Position numbers and translations under genes: made by a program. Positions 16,294-24,624 of a stretch of 32,000 bases of DNA are shown here, piece after piece. Every line of letters starts with the position of its first letter. Within the stretch, counting starts at the first letter, position 1. Under the pieces are notes generated by a model. That model was given only the letters and a program-made list of their open reading frames with translations. It did not search any database and had not been told where the DNA came from. Location: contig JAILWJ010000001.1 in the NCBI GenBank assembly GCA_025699025.1, positions 169,148-201,147 of the forward strand, written 5' to 3'. This stretch comes from Nitrosarchaeum sp. Its GTDB lineage: Archaea > Thermoproteota > Nitrososphaeria > Nitrososphaerales > Nitrosopumilaceae.

Positions 16294-17172
16294 TTGGGAT
16301 TTAACGAAATAATGGAGATATCCAAACCACGAATTGTCGTACTTTTGGTGATTACCGCTGTTACATCAATGTATGCAGCTAGTAAGCTAGTTGACGGTGC
16401 AGCAGAGCTGGATTATTGGGCGTATCTGCACATAATTGTTGCCGGGGCTTTGGCATCTGCTGGTTCTAGTGCACTAAACCACTATTATGACAAGGATATT
16501 GATCCAAAGATGACCCGAACCAGCAAGAGGCCCATTCCATCGGGAAGAATGTCTGCATCCCATGTCTTAATTTATGGACTTGTAGTTAGCTGCATCTCTG
16601 TACTCTATGGATTCTTTACACTAAACCCCGTATCTGCATTCTTTATTGCACTAGGGATATTCTCATACGTGATCATCTACACTGTCTGGCTCAAGCGTCT
16701 TAACACTTCAAATATTGTGATTGGTGGAATTGCAGGAAGCGCAGCTGCCTGGGCAGGATGGTCTGCGGCAACTGGCAGTATGGACTTGCTTGGATTCCTT
16801 GTAGGCTTTTTGGTCTTTGTGTGGACCCCGTCTCACTTTTGGTGCCTTGCAATGAAGATCAAAGATGAATATGCCCAAGCTAACGTCCCGATGCTTCCTG
16901 TGGTGATTGGAATGCAAAAAACTTCAAAGTATATCTTGGTCAACACAATAATTTTGCTTCCATACTCTCTTGTACTCTACGCATTTGGCATGGGGCTTGT
17001 CTATACTGCAATCGCTGCAGTATCTGGTGGCTTGATGCTGGCATATCATTACAAGTTGACAAAAACCCCGACGTCAGAATTTGCATGGAAGGCATACAAG
17101 GTTACTGCCCCGTACCTTACAATAATTTTTGTCGCAGTGGCACTGGATGCCGCGTTTCACTTTAGAATCTAG
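16294..17172 (+). CDS. ctaB: Protoheme IX farnesyltransferase (heme O synthase), UbiA family
   Basis: Has SKPRIVVLLVIT and NHYYDKDIDPKMTRTSKRPIPSG (UbiA Asp-rich motif) and is polytopic. The start is TTG 16294 or ATG 16312. Confidence 0.9.
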   Translation: MGFNEIMEISKPRIVVLLVITAVTSMYAASKLVDGAAELDYWAYLHIIVAGALASAGSSALNHYYDKDIDPKMTRTSKRPIPSGRMSASHVLIYGLVVSCISVLYGFFTLNPVSAFFIALGIFSYVIIYTVWLKRLNTSNIVIGGIAGSAAAWAGWSAATGSMDLLGFLVGFLVFVWTPSHFWCLAMKIKDEYAQANVPMLPVVIGMQKTSKYILVNTIILLPYSLVLYAFGMGLVYTAIAAVSGGLMLAYHYKLTKTPTSEFAWKAYKVTAPYLTIIFVAVALDAAFHFRI

Positions 17173-17468
17173 TTGTTTTCAAACCCTGGAAAGCTGGCCT
17201 CATAGTCCTTTTCCATGACTTCCTGATTTTGCTGGTCTACTTCATCCATCTCTTCTTTTATGGAAAACACCTCTATCCTCCTGTCGTCTTTGGTAATCCA
17301 TGCCACTTTGATCACGCCAAGAATCTCCAAGTCTAGTAGTATTTTGTTGAACCTGTCTTCTGGAATGATGTACCCGTCTTTGGTTAATGCCTTTGACAGC
17401 TCGGTGTCTGTAAGGGAGCCTACCTCTGAAATCTTGTCAAATACAATATTTTTTAGTGGAATTGCCAT
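17169..17468 (-). CDS. Small protein (99 aa), winged-helix-like with an acidic C-terminal tail, co-transcribed with cdc48
   Basis: It starts 2 nt after the cdc48 stop on the same strand. Sequence includes LLDLEILGVIKVAWITKDDRRIEV. The wH assignment is by eye only. Confidence 0.45.
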   Translation of the reverse strand: MAIPLKNIVFDKISEVGSLTDTELSKALTKDGYIIPEDRFNKILLDLEILGVIKVAWITKDDRRIEVFSIKEEMDEVDQQNQEVMEKDYEASFPGFENN

Positions 17469-17470
17469 GT

Positions 17471-19639
17471 CTATCCGTAAAATGATTTATCTCCTGTCTT
17501 GGGCACCACGTTAGATATACTTTCTCTTACCGTGTTGTACCACTGGTCCACCTCTTTTGTGATTGATGGCCTGATCTGCTTTAAGCTGTTTGCAAAATCC
17601 GAATTGGTTATCTTTGATGAATTGCTCTTCATTGCCTGCACTGCGGCCTCTCTGCACAATGCCGACAAGTCTGCACCTGTGTAGTTCTGTGTTGCAACTG
17701 CAATCTCTTGCAGCTTTACATCGCTTGCAAGAGGCATCTTCTTTGTAAGTATCTTGATTATTTCCAATCTCCCTTTCTCGTCTGGTGGCGGGACATACAA
17801 AACCAAATCAAGCCTTCCGGTTCTTAACAACGAGTTGTCTAGTACATCTGGTCTGTTTGTGATTCCTACCACCACCACTCTTGATGATGTTCCTTCTTCA
17901 ATCTCTGTTAGCAACTGGCTTAGAACCGTCTCACTCACTCCGCCCTCTCCTGATTTGTATTTTGCAAGCGAGTCCAGCTCATCAAATATTACGACGCATG
18001 GTGATGATGCTTTTGCCTTTCTGAATATCTCCCTTACTGCTTTTTCAGATTCTCCGACCCACTTTGAAAGTATCTCTGGGCCTCTTACCAGAATCATGTT
18101 TGCACCGGTTTCAGTGGCAAGCGCCCTTGCAATCAGCGTCTTTCCGCATCCTGGCGGACCGTAAATCAATGCCCCTTTTGGAGGCTTGATGCCCATTTTT
18201 GTGAATTTTGTCGGCTCTTTCATTGCAAGTATCAGATTGTCACTAAGTGCACTTTTGACATCTTCTAGTCCCCCTACGTCTCTCCACCATACTTTTGGCC
18301 TCTCTACATAAAACTCCCTCATTGCAGTAGGGACAACTTCATGCATTGCGTCGTAAAAGTCGATTAGTTTTATCTGCATTGACTGCAATACCTCTGATGG
18401 GATCTTTTCAGTTTCAAGATCAATCTCTGGAAGATAGCGCCTGATTGACTTCATTGCAGCTTCTCTGCAAAGCGATTTGATGTCCGCACCAGTATATCCG
18501 TGCAGCTCTGATGCCAAATCTTTAAGATCCACATCATCTGCTACCGGCATCCCTCTTGTGTGGATTAATAGTATCTCGAGTCTGCCGTCCTCGTTTGGCA
18601 CTGAAATCTCAAACTCTCTGTCAAATCTTCCCGGCCTTCTAAGTGCAGGATCAACGCTTTCTGGCCTATTGGTTGCACCTAGCACTATTACGTTTCCCCT
18701 TTCATTGAGGCCGTCCATCAAAGCTAATAGCTGAGCCACTACCCTCTTTTCCACATCTCCGTATGCCTCTTCTCTCTTTGGGGCAATCGCGTCAATCTCG
18801 TCAATGAAGATGATGCTTGGCGAGTTGTCCTTTGCCTCTTTGAAGATGTCCCTTATCTTGGCCTCTGTCTCGCCGTAATACTTGTTCATTATCTCCGGAC
18901 CGTTAATGGAATACATGTTGGCCTCTGACTCACTTGCAAGAACTTTTGCAATCAGCGTCTTTCCGCATCCTGGCGGACCGTACAGCAAAATTCCACTGTG
19001 CGGTTCTACTCCGAGCCTTGCAAACAACTCTGGGTGTTTCAATGGAAGCTCTACAATCTCCCTCATTGCTTTTACCTCGTGCCTCAACCCGCCGACTTCC
19101 TCGTATGTCACTCTGACCTTTCTGTCCACCGAAGTCTCTGTAGATATGGTAAGTGTAGTAGAGCGGTCAATCTTTACGACATGCTTTGGGGTTGTCTTTG
19201 TAATCTTAAAGTCCATTGAGTTGCCTAGAATCATAACTGAAATCTCATCCCCGTGAATTATCGGCAGTCCCTTCAGCCTGTTCTTTACAAAATCTGTAAA
19301 TTCCTTGTCGACTGTTACTGCATCGTTTACCGGTATTAGTGCTACAGTCTTTGCAATCTTTGATGTGACTTTTTTTATCTTTACAATGTCATTAAGTGAC
19401 GCGCCTGAATTCTTTCTTGTCTGCCCGTCAATCCTTATCATGTCTGGAAACTTTTCATCCTCGTCTGCAGGCCACACTACTGCGCATGTTGATCTAGACC
19501 CCATCACCTCGATAATGTCTCCTGGTGAAACTTTGAGATAATCCATAGCTTCGGGGCCTATTCTAGCTCGTTTCTTTCCAACGTCTCTTTGTTTTGCCTC
19601 CCCGACTCTCATCTGCAAAGGTTCTTCTTTGCGTGCCAA
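17471..19639 (-). CDS. cdc48: Cdc48/VCP/p97-like tandem AAA+ ATPase
   Basis: Has an N-domain (IRIDGQTRKNSGASLNDIVKIKKV), two Walker A motifs (GPPGCGKTLIAKVLASE and GPPGCGKTLIARALATE), two DEID/DELD Walker B motifs, and a C-terminal FYG (HbYX-like). The TTG start is preceded by AGGTGAT. Confidence 0.95.
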   Translation of the reverse strand: MARKEEPLQMRVGEAKQRDVGKKRARIGPEAMDYLKVSPGDIIEVMGSRSTCAVVWPADEDEKFPDMIRIDGQTRKNSGASLNDIVKIKKVTSKIAKTVALIPVNDAVTVDKEFTDFVKNRLKGLPIIHGDEISVMILGNSMDFKITKTTPKHVVKIDRSTTLTISTETSVDRKVRVTYEEVGGLRHEVKAMREIVELPLKHPELFARLGVEPHSGILLYGPPGCGKTLIAKVLASESEANMYSINGPEIMNKYYGETEAKIRDIFKEAKDNSPSIIFIDEIDAIAPKREEAYGDVEKRVVAQLLALMDGLNERGNVIVLGATNRPESVDPALRRPGRFDREFEISVPNEDGRLEILLIHTRGMPVADDVDLKDLASELHGYTGADIKSLCREAAMKSIRRYLPEIDLETEKIPSEVLQSMQIKLIDFYDAMHEVVPTAMREFYVERPKVWWRDVGGLEDVKSALSDNLILAMKEPTKFTKMGIKPPKGALIYGPPGCGKTLIARALATETGANMILVRGPEILSKWVGESEKAVREIFRKAKASSPCVVIFDELDSLAKYKSGEGGVSETVLSQLLTEIEEGTSSRVVVVGITNRPDVLDNSLLRTGRLDLVLYVPPPDEKGRLEIIKILTKKMPLASDVKLQEIAVATQNYTGADLSALCREAAVQAMKSNSSKITNSDFANSLKQIRPSITKEVDQWYNTVRESISNVVPKTGDKSFYG
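18127..18163. repeat. 37-nt perfect direct repeat, copy 1 (Walker A of the cdc48 D2 domain)
   Basis: TTGCAATCAGCGTCTTTCCGCATCCTGGCGGACCGTA is identical to 18946-18982. Confidence 0.9.
18946..18982. repeat. 37-nt perfect direct repeat, copy 2 (Walker A of the cdc48 D1 domain)
   Basis: Identical 37-mer, 819 nt (273 codons) from copy 1 and in frame with it. It encodes YGPPGCGKTLIA on the minus strand. Confidence 0.9.
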
Positions 19640-19647
19640 AAAATCAC

Positions 19648-19929
19648 CTATTTCATGTCAACTGACATTCTGCTCATGTTGAGGACCTCAAACTCACTTA
19701 CGCCCTCGACAGACCTTACTGCCTCTTCCAAAGAGTCCATTTGACCTTCTTTGTCATCGACAATAAATTCAGCTTTGAGAAACTCTAACCCAAATGCCAG
19801 TGGTTCTTTTGCATGTCTTTTCATGGATATTCCCTCTGCCAGCTTGCTTTGAATTGATGTTGCTAATTTTTCTAGGTCCACTTCTGTATCTACTGGAAGA
19901 ATCTTTGTTACTAGCAATAGTTGAGCCAT
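19648..19929 (-). CDS. ef1b: Translation elongation factor aEF-1 beta
   Basis: Matches the aEF-1beta pattern: [14 protein letters not shown]...[11 protein letters not shown]...[22 protein letters not shown]. Confidence 0.85.
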   Translation of the reverse strand: MAQLLLVTKILPVDTEVDLEKLATSIQSKLAEGISMKRHAKEPLAFGLEFLKAEFIVDDKEGQMDSLEEAVRSVEGVSEFEVLNMSRMSVDMK

Positions 19930-19932
19930 TTC

Positions 19933-20136
19933 CTAGGGTCCCTGAACTTTGCAAGAGTCGCAAGTATAGTTCCTTGCTGCATCCCTGCAACTTTCACATC
20001 TCCAAATTAAATCAGTGCCGCAATTTGGGCAGTTGAATTTTACACATTTATCATTAGGCATGATGTGTTTGTGACAACAACTACATGTTGGCAATGAAAT
20101 TGTGGACGACATGGATCGACTTTCTGCAAACATCAT
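19933..20136 (-). CDS. Zn-ribbon protein (COG2888/DUF1610-like) typically paired with aEF-1beta
   Basis: Multiple CxxC pairs (CSCC, CPNCG, CESC, CDSC) and the ending QGP. It lies 3 nt upstream of ef1b, a conserved archaeal pairing. Confidence 0.65.
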   Translation of the reverse strand: MMFAESRSMSSTISLPTCSCCHKHIMPNDKCVKFNCPNCGTDLIWRCESCRDAARNYTCDSCKVQGP

Positions 20137-20165
20137 TTATATCTTGCTTAGGATTTATGCGCAGA

Positions 20166-21302
20166 TTAGCTCAGGAGTTTTTTAAATTCCCCGCTGATCA
20201 AAGTCTGGGCTGTTTTGATGGATCCTTTCACCCCGAGCAGTTTTACAATTGATCCTGTGTGAAAATCAAAATCGTCTTTTTCTGAAATCTCTTTTGTAAT
20301 TTCTGGTGTGACTGATTTGAATAGATTGTTGATTGTCTCGTTGTCTAGCCGCTCTAAAACTTTTCTTGCAAATGACTGTCTCTCAAACTCTTTTCCAAAC
20401 TTGTCTGTCCATCTTTTCTGATATTCGTCCAAGTCTGAATGGTTGTTTGTTTTGAGAAATTTTGAAATGGCCTGACCTGCAAGCAATCCACCCATTCCAC
20501 TTGAGTAGATTCCTCCTGCAGTAGTGGGCTTTGCCTGACCTGCTGCATCTCCGATGATGACTGTCATTCCATCCACAAACTTTTCAATTGGGCCTTTGAT
20601 CCATATTGGCGCAAAAATTTTTCTGACTATAGAGTATTTCTCTCTCTTTTTGAGAAATTCCTCCATTGCTTCTGCTGCATTTATGCCTCTGCCTGCAACT
20701 CCTACCTTTCCCTTGCCTTCTCCTGATGGAATAATCCATGCAAAAAATCCCGGATACTTTTTCTGATCAAAAAACACTTCTACCTTTCCTTTTGTTATCC
20801 AGTCTGCGTATATTTCATACTGTGCAGAAGACAGAATCCCTGTCCTGTCTCTGTGAATTAATGATGAAACTCCTCTTGCATCTACGAAAATCTTGCATTC
20901 TATCTGTCCTTCATTTGTTCTGATTCCATCCTTTGTCAATTCCTGAAAGCTTGTTCTGACCTTGATTGTTGCGCCATTCTTTTGAGCTTGGTGAGCCAGC
21001 TGCTTGTCTAATTCCCGCCTGCTAATCTCTGCAACTCTTTGCTTCTTTGAATTGATGGTGAAACTTGTCCCGTCTGGTGCATAAATCTCCGCCTGTTCAA
21101 CCATGTGATCCAAAGTTTTTCTAAACGGGATTACGCCCAGCTCCTCCAGGCCTGAGGTGCTTACCAGTCCGCCGCAGTGCTCAGGCGTTCCAATCTCATA
21201 ATCTTCCTCGATTACCAAAACACTGTTTTTGTTTCTTGCAATCTCCCTTGCACAAATTAGGCCTGCCACGCTTCCGCCTGCAACTACTACATCAAAGTAC
21301 AC
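20166..21302 (-). CDS. Geranylgeranyl reductase family FAD-dependent oxidoreductase
   Basis: N-terminal dinucleotide fold YFDVVVAGGSVAGLICAREIA, then CGG...; GDAAGQAKPTTAGGI. GTG start. Confidence 0.85.
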   Translation of the reverse strand: MYFDVVVAGGSVAGLICAREIARNKNSVLVIEEDYEIGTPEHCGGLVSTSGLEELGVIPFRKTLDHMVEQAEIYAPDGTSFTINSKKQRVAEISRRELDKQLAHQAQKNGATIKVRTSFQELTKDGIRTNEGQIECKIFVDARGVSSLIHRDRTGILSSAQYEIYADWITKGKVEVFFDQKKYPGFFAWIIPSGEGKGKVGVAGRGINAAEAMEEFLKKREKYSIVRKIFAPIWIKGPIEKFVDGMTVIIGDAAGQAKPTTAGGIYSSGMGGLLAGQAISKFLKTNNHSDLDEYQKRWTDKFGKEFERQSFARKVLERLDNETINNLFKSVTPEITKEISEKDDFDFHTGSIVKLLGVKGSIKTAQTLISGEFKKLLS

Positions 21303-21417
21303 GCATTTTGTTATGCTGTCAATTATTTAATTCAACTATTCGATCACATTTCAAGTAATTTTTCTGGGTATGGTACTAAATACTTGCAAATGTTTTATGA
21401 CAAATGAATACGCCTTT

Positions 21418-21813
21418 TCATTTTATAGTTTCATTCCACTCTCTTGACCACTTGATCACCAAATATGCTGAAAGAGATGAAAAAGCAACAGACGTGGCAA
21501 TGCTGATCAGCGGATATGGCATAGCATCCAATTTTCCAACTTGCGGCTCAATAGGTGTCATGTAAGACAGTGTTTGTTCTGTGGATGCATCTTGTTCTAG
21601 GGGGTCGAGTACCATTGCCTCATAGTATGCCGCTGTAAACATAATTCCACTGACGGCCAATGACGGCACTAACACATACAGGACATATCTTCTTAGCTTC
21701 TTTATCCTGTAAAATGCCCATATGTTCAAAGGCGAAATTAGTGAAAACAGAATTTGCCACTTTATGCTTACTCTTGTCTTTGGCATGTGCAAGTGATGTC
21801 TTGCTATGCTCAT
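21418..21813 (-). CDS. Hypothetical membrane protein (131 aa)
   Basis: Three hydrophobic helices. No family was recognised. Confidence 0.45.
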   Translation of the reverse strand: MSIARHHLHMPKTRVSIKWQILFSLISPLNIWAFYRIKKLRRYVLYVLVPSLAVSGIMFTAAYYEAMVLDPLEQDASTEQTLSYMTPIEPQVGKLDAMPYPLISIATSVAFSSLSAYLVIKWSREWNETIK

Positions 21814-22072
21814 AAATCATTCTAATCTCAGACACTGAGATTATTCATCAAGTATTATCCAAGACAGTCCGTAGAGTTGCTCATATGCAGGGGTTGTGTT
21901 ATCATTTGCCATGATGTATTACTACAAAATTTGTTTAAAACACTAACGAACAAATCGTTCATAGGAATCATCAGTATTGGAATGCAAGAATGTCACAAGT
22001 ATCTGTACCTTGACCCTTTGATCAGCGTTCTTGCCATACTAGTATAAATCAGACAATCCCTAACTATGGTTG

Positions 22073-22597
22073 ATGGCAGCCAATCTGAGATGGGTAGACA
22101 AGTTCATACTCGCTGCAATCATTCAGGGCGCAATAATTACGGTGATGGCCTTGGTGATAGTCTCAATCCAGATGATGAACAACCAGATTAACATAATCCA
22201 ATACCTGTCGCTGTCCTTTGATGGCACTGCAAAGTGGTTCTTTCTTGGGATTATCTTTCATCTGATAATCATAGTTGCAGTTGCCGTGACTGCACTGTTT
22301 TACAGTCATCTTGAGATAACACTGCAGAAAAAATTTTCCAGAAAATCAAACATCTTGGCTGCAATTCACTTGGTTGGCATGAATGTCGGCGGTGCAGGCT
22401 CCATGATGATCATGACTTATGCAGGGCTTGCAGGAACGGGATTGCTCAGCGTGTTTACTGAAGGCAAGATTGGTCCAAAATACCCTGCAATTATGGATTC
22501 TTTTATAGAGCCAATTGGGGGCTTTATTGCACTTCTTGCAGTTGGCGTAATATGTGGCGGTCTTGGGTTTGTCCTAGCATATCGAAACAATGAATAA
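22073..22597 (+). CDS. Hypothetical polytopic membrane protein (174 aa)
   Basis: 4-5 hydrophobic helices. ATG 22073 lies directly after TTG 22070. Confidence 0.5.
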   Translation: MAANLRWVDKFILAAIIQGAIITVMALVIVSIQMMNNQINIIQYLSLSFDGTAKWFFLGIIFHLIIIVAVAVTALFYSHLEITLQKKFSRKSNILAAIHLVGMNVGGAGSMMIMTYAGLAGTGLLSVFTEGKIGPKYPAIMDSFIEPIGGFIALLAVGVICGGLGFVLAYRNNE

Positions 22598-22628
22598 AGT
22601 TTTTCATCAAGCCCAATCTGATATCTTC

Positions 22629-22982
22629 ATGGGTGACATCAAACAAGTAATTGTTGTTAGGACTGATCTTGATATGGGCAAAGGAAAGATTGCAGCACAG
22701 GTAGGCCATGCATGCGTTTTGGGTGCCGAACATGTCAGAAAGTCTCATCCTGACTGGTTTGAAAAATGGTGGGGAGGTCAAGAAAAAGTCGTAGTCAAAG
22801 TTTCAGGATTAAAAGAGTTACAGGAGATAAAGAGACACGCAATAGATTTGGACTTGCCTTGGTCTGAAGTTACCGACGCAGGGCACACTCAAATTGCTCC
22901 GGGTACCACCACCTGCATTTCTATTGGTCCTGCACCTGAAAACCTCATTGACAAAATTACCGGCGATTTGAAACTACTCTGA
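22629..22982 (+). CDS. pth2: Peptidyl-tRNA hydrolase, archaeal/eukaryotic type (Pth2)
   Basis: Pattern: KQVIVVRTDLDMGKGKIAAQVGHA...VVVKV...TDAGHTQIAPGTTTCISIGP. ATG 22629 gives the usual ~117 aa; track start 22590 overlaps the upstream gene. Confidence 0.9.
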   Translation: MGDIKQVIVVRTDLDMGKGKIAAQVGHACVLGAEHVRKSHPDWFEKWWGGQEKVVVKVSGLKELQEIKRHAIDLDLPWSEVTDAGHTQIAPGTTTCISIGPAPENLIDKITGDLKLL

Positions 22983-23046
22983 CTGGATGTTTAAAGTCTC
23001 AATTTCTCCTATAAGAGATATAATGAGGCTGCCTTCTTTTTAATTC

Positions 23047-24624
23047 GTGAAGAAAAAAGCCATCATTGTCACTGTTTTCTTTGGCGTTATTTTACTTTCA
23101 TCTACTGTCGCAATTGCAATTCCAAACATAATTCCTGAGGACTCAGATACGTCTGTCACTGTAACTGGTACTCCTGCTGATAATTTTCCTGATGAGCAGC
23201 GACCGCAGTTCTGCGGTTCTGGTGATGCCGAGTCTACACCGTTTGTAAAAGAGTATTCTATTCCAACAGTGTGCACAAATCCTTTGGCCATAGTTGCAGA
23301 CTATGATGGCAATGTCTGGTTTGCGCAAACCAACACTGGTAAACTGGCAAAATTTGATCCTAACACTGAATCCTTTTCAGAGTATGACAACCCGTCATGG
23401 CCACAAGGTGGACGTTCTATGATGTGGGGTATGGATTATGCCCCTGATGGCTCCGTCTGGTTTACAGACGAGACTTATGATTCCTTGTGGAAATTCTCCC
23501 CTGACACCCAAAAATACCAGCGAGTGGCATACCCGTCCGAAGGCAATTCGTTGCCGCAAAGACTGCAAGTGCATGGCTCCCAGATAATCGTCAATGATTT
23601 TACTGGAAACAAAATCACCTTCCTAGATCCTACTCTGTCTGGAACTGACCTGAACTACCTTAGTCTGCCTTCTCCTGTGGATGACTCTGTTACTGCAGGC
23701 TTTGCAGTTGATGCAGAAGATAACATCTGGTACACTAACTGGGTGTTCCAAGGAAGTGGTGTGTTGGTAAAGTATGATCATACTGGATTTGAAAAATCCG
23801 TTGCAGAATCAGATCAGGACTCTCTTCCATTGCTTGACTTTATTGAGATATTTGAATTGCCACAGGAACTCCTTACCCCAAACGGGGCAGTCGTATCTGA
23901 GGATGGTAAAGTTTGGCTGGCTGACACGTCCAGCTCTCATATTTTCAGTTTTGATCCAAACACTGAACAGTTTACACAATATGTTACATCAGACCCGCAA
24001 CTGGTGACATATGGCAACTTTACTGGCGTCATAAAATCTCCAATATCTAGACCCTATTGGATTGATGTTGATTCCACTGGCAGGCTCGTCTTCAATGAGC
24101 AGACTTCAAACAGCATTGCTGTGATGGATCCAAAGCAAGAGTCGCTTGTAGAGTATTCCGTCCCGTCAAGAAATCCCAACTGGGGAGACTGTGGAGATGA
24201 TCAAAACTGTGGAATCGCACAAGTCTTTGATTTTGCAATTGATGGACACAAAATCTGGTTTACAGAATGGGTCGAAAATAATATCGGGGTGGTTGACACC
24301 TCTGTTGCACTCCCGTTTGGTGTTGAACTGGAATCAAATGAGATCTTGGCAAGTCCGGGTGAATCAAGGAACATTAGTTATGTCATTGGCAAACATTCTG
24401 GAGGCGACTCTGAAGTATCGCTGGTATTCTCTAAACACGGTAACTTTTTGGACATATCTACAACATCTCCAAAAAAATTCCAGTTGAGCTCTGATCCAAA
24501 AACAATCGACGTGCTCATTACTGTGAGTGAGGATGCATCTCCCGGAACTTACAAAATTCTCTTGGGCGCCCAGTCCCCTGATGTTACAATTAGCAAGTAT
24601 CTGACACTTGTAGTGAAACCGTGA
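23047..24624 (+). CDS. Secreted or anchored beta-propeller repeat protein (Vgb / streptogramin-lyase-like, COG4257-type repeats) with a C-terminal Ig-like domain
   Basis: N-terminal signal/anchor KKKAIIVTVFFGVILLSSTVAIA. About six repeats of the DGNVWF-type: DYDGNVWFAQTNTGKLAKFDP, APDGSVWFTDETYDSLWKFSP, DAEDNIWYTN, SEDGKVWLADTSSSHIFSFDP, DSTGRLVFNEQTSNSIAVMDP and DGHKIWFTEWVENNIGVVD. Confidence 0.65.
   Translation: MKKKAIIVTVFFGVILLSSTVAIAIPNIIPEDSDTSVTVTGTPADNFPDEQRPQFCGSGDAESTPFVKEYSIPTVCTNPLAIVADYDGNVWFAQTNTGKLAKFDPNTESFSEYDNPSWPQGGRSMMWGMDYAPDGSVWFTDETYDSLWKFSPDTQKYQRVAYPSEGNSLPQRLQVHGSQIIVNDFTGNKITFLDPTLSGTDLNYLSLPSPVDDSVTAGFAVDAEDNIWYTNWVFQGSGVLVKYDHTGFEKSVAESDQDSLPLLDFIEIFELPQELLTPNGAVVSEDGKVWLADTSSSHIFSFDPNTEQFTQYVTSDPQLVTYGNFTGVIKSPISRPYWIDVDSTGRLVFNEQTSNSIAVMDPKQESLVEYSVPSRNPNWGDCGDDQNCGIAQVFDFAIDGHKIWFTEWVENNIGVVDTSVALPFGVELESNEILASPGESRNISYVIGKHSGGDSEVSLVFSKHGNFLDISTTSPKKFQLSSDPKTIDVLITVSEDASPGTYKILLGAQSPDVTISKYLTLVVKP

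Noticed and set aside
17499-19541. Plus-strand ORFs antisense to cdc48, including two that contain ISVFPHPGGP
   Set aside because: They mirror the cdc48 coding sequence. The recurring peptide is simply the reverse-complement reading of the 37-nt repeat.
21620-21835. Alternative 71-aa minus-strand ORF overlapping the 131-aa membrane protein
   Set aside because: It is in a different frame of the same region. The 131-aa frame has coherent TM helices, so it is preferred.
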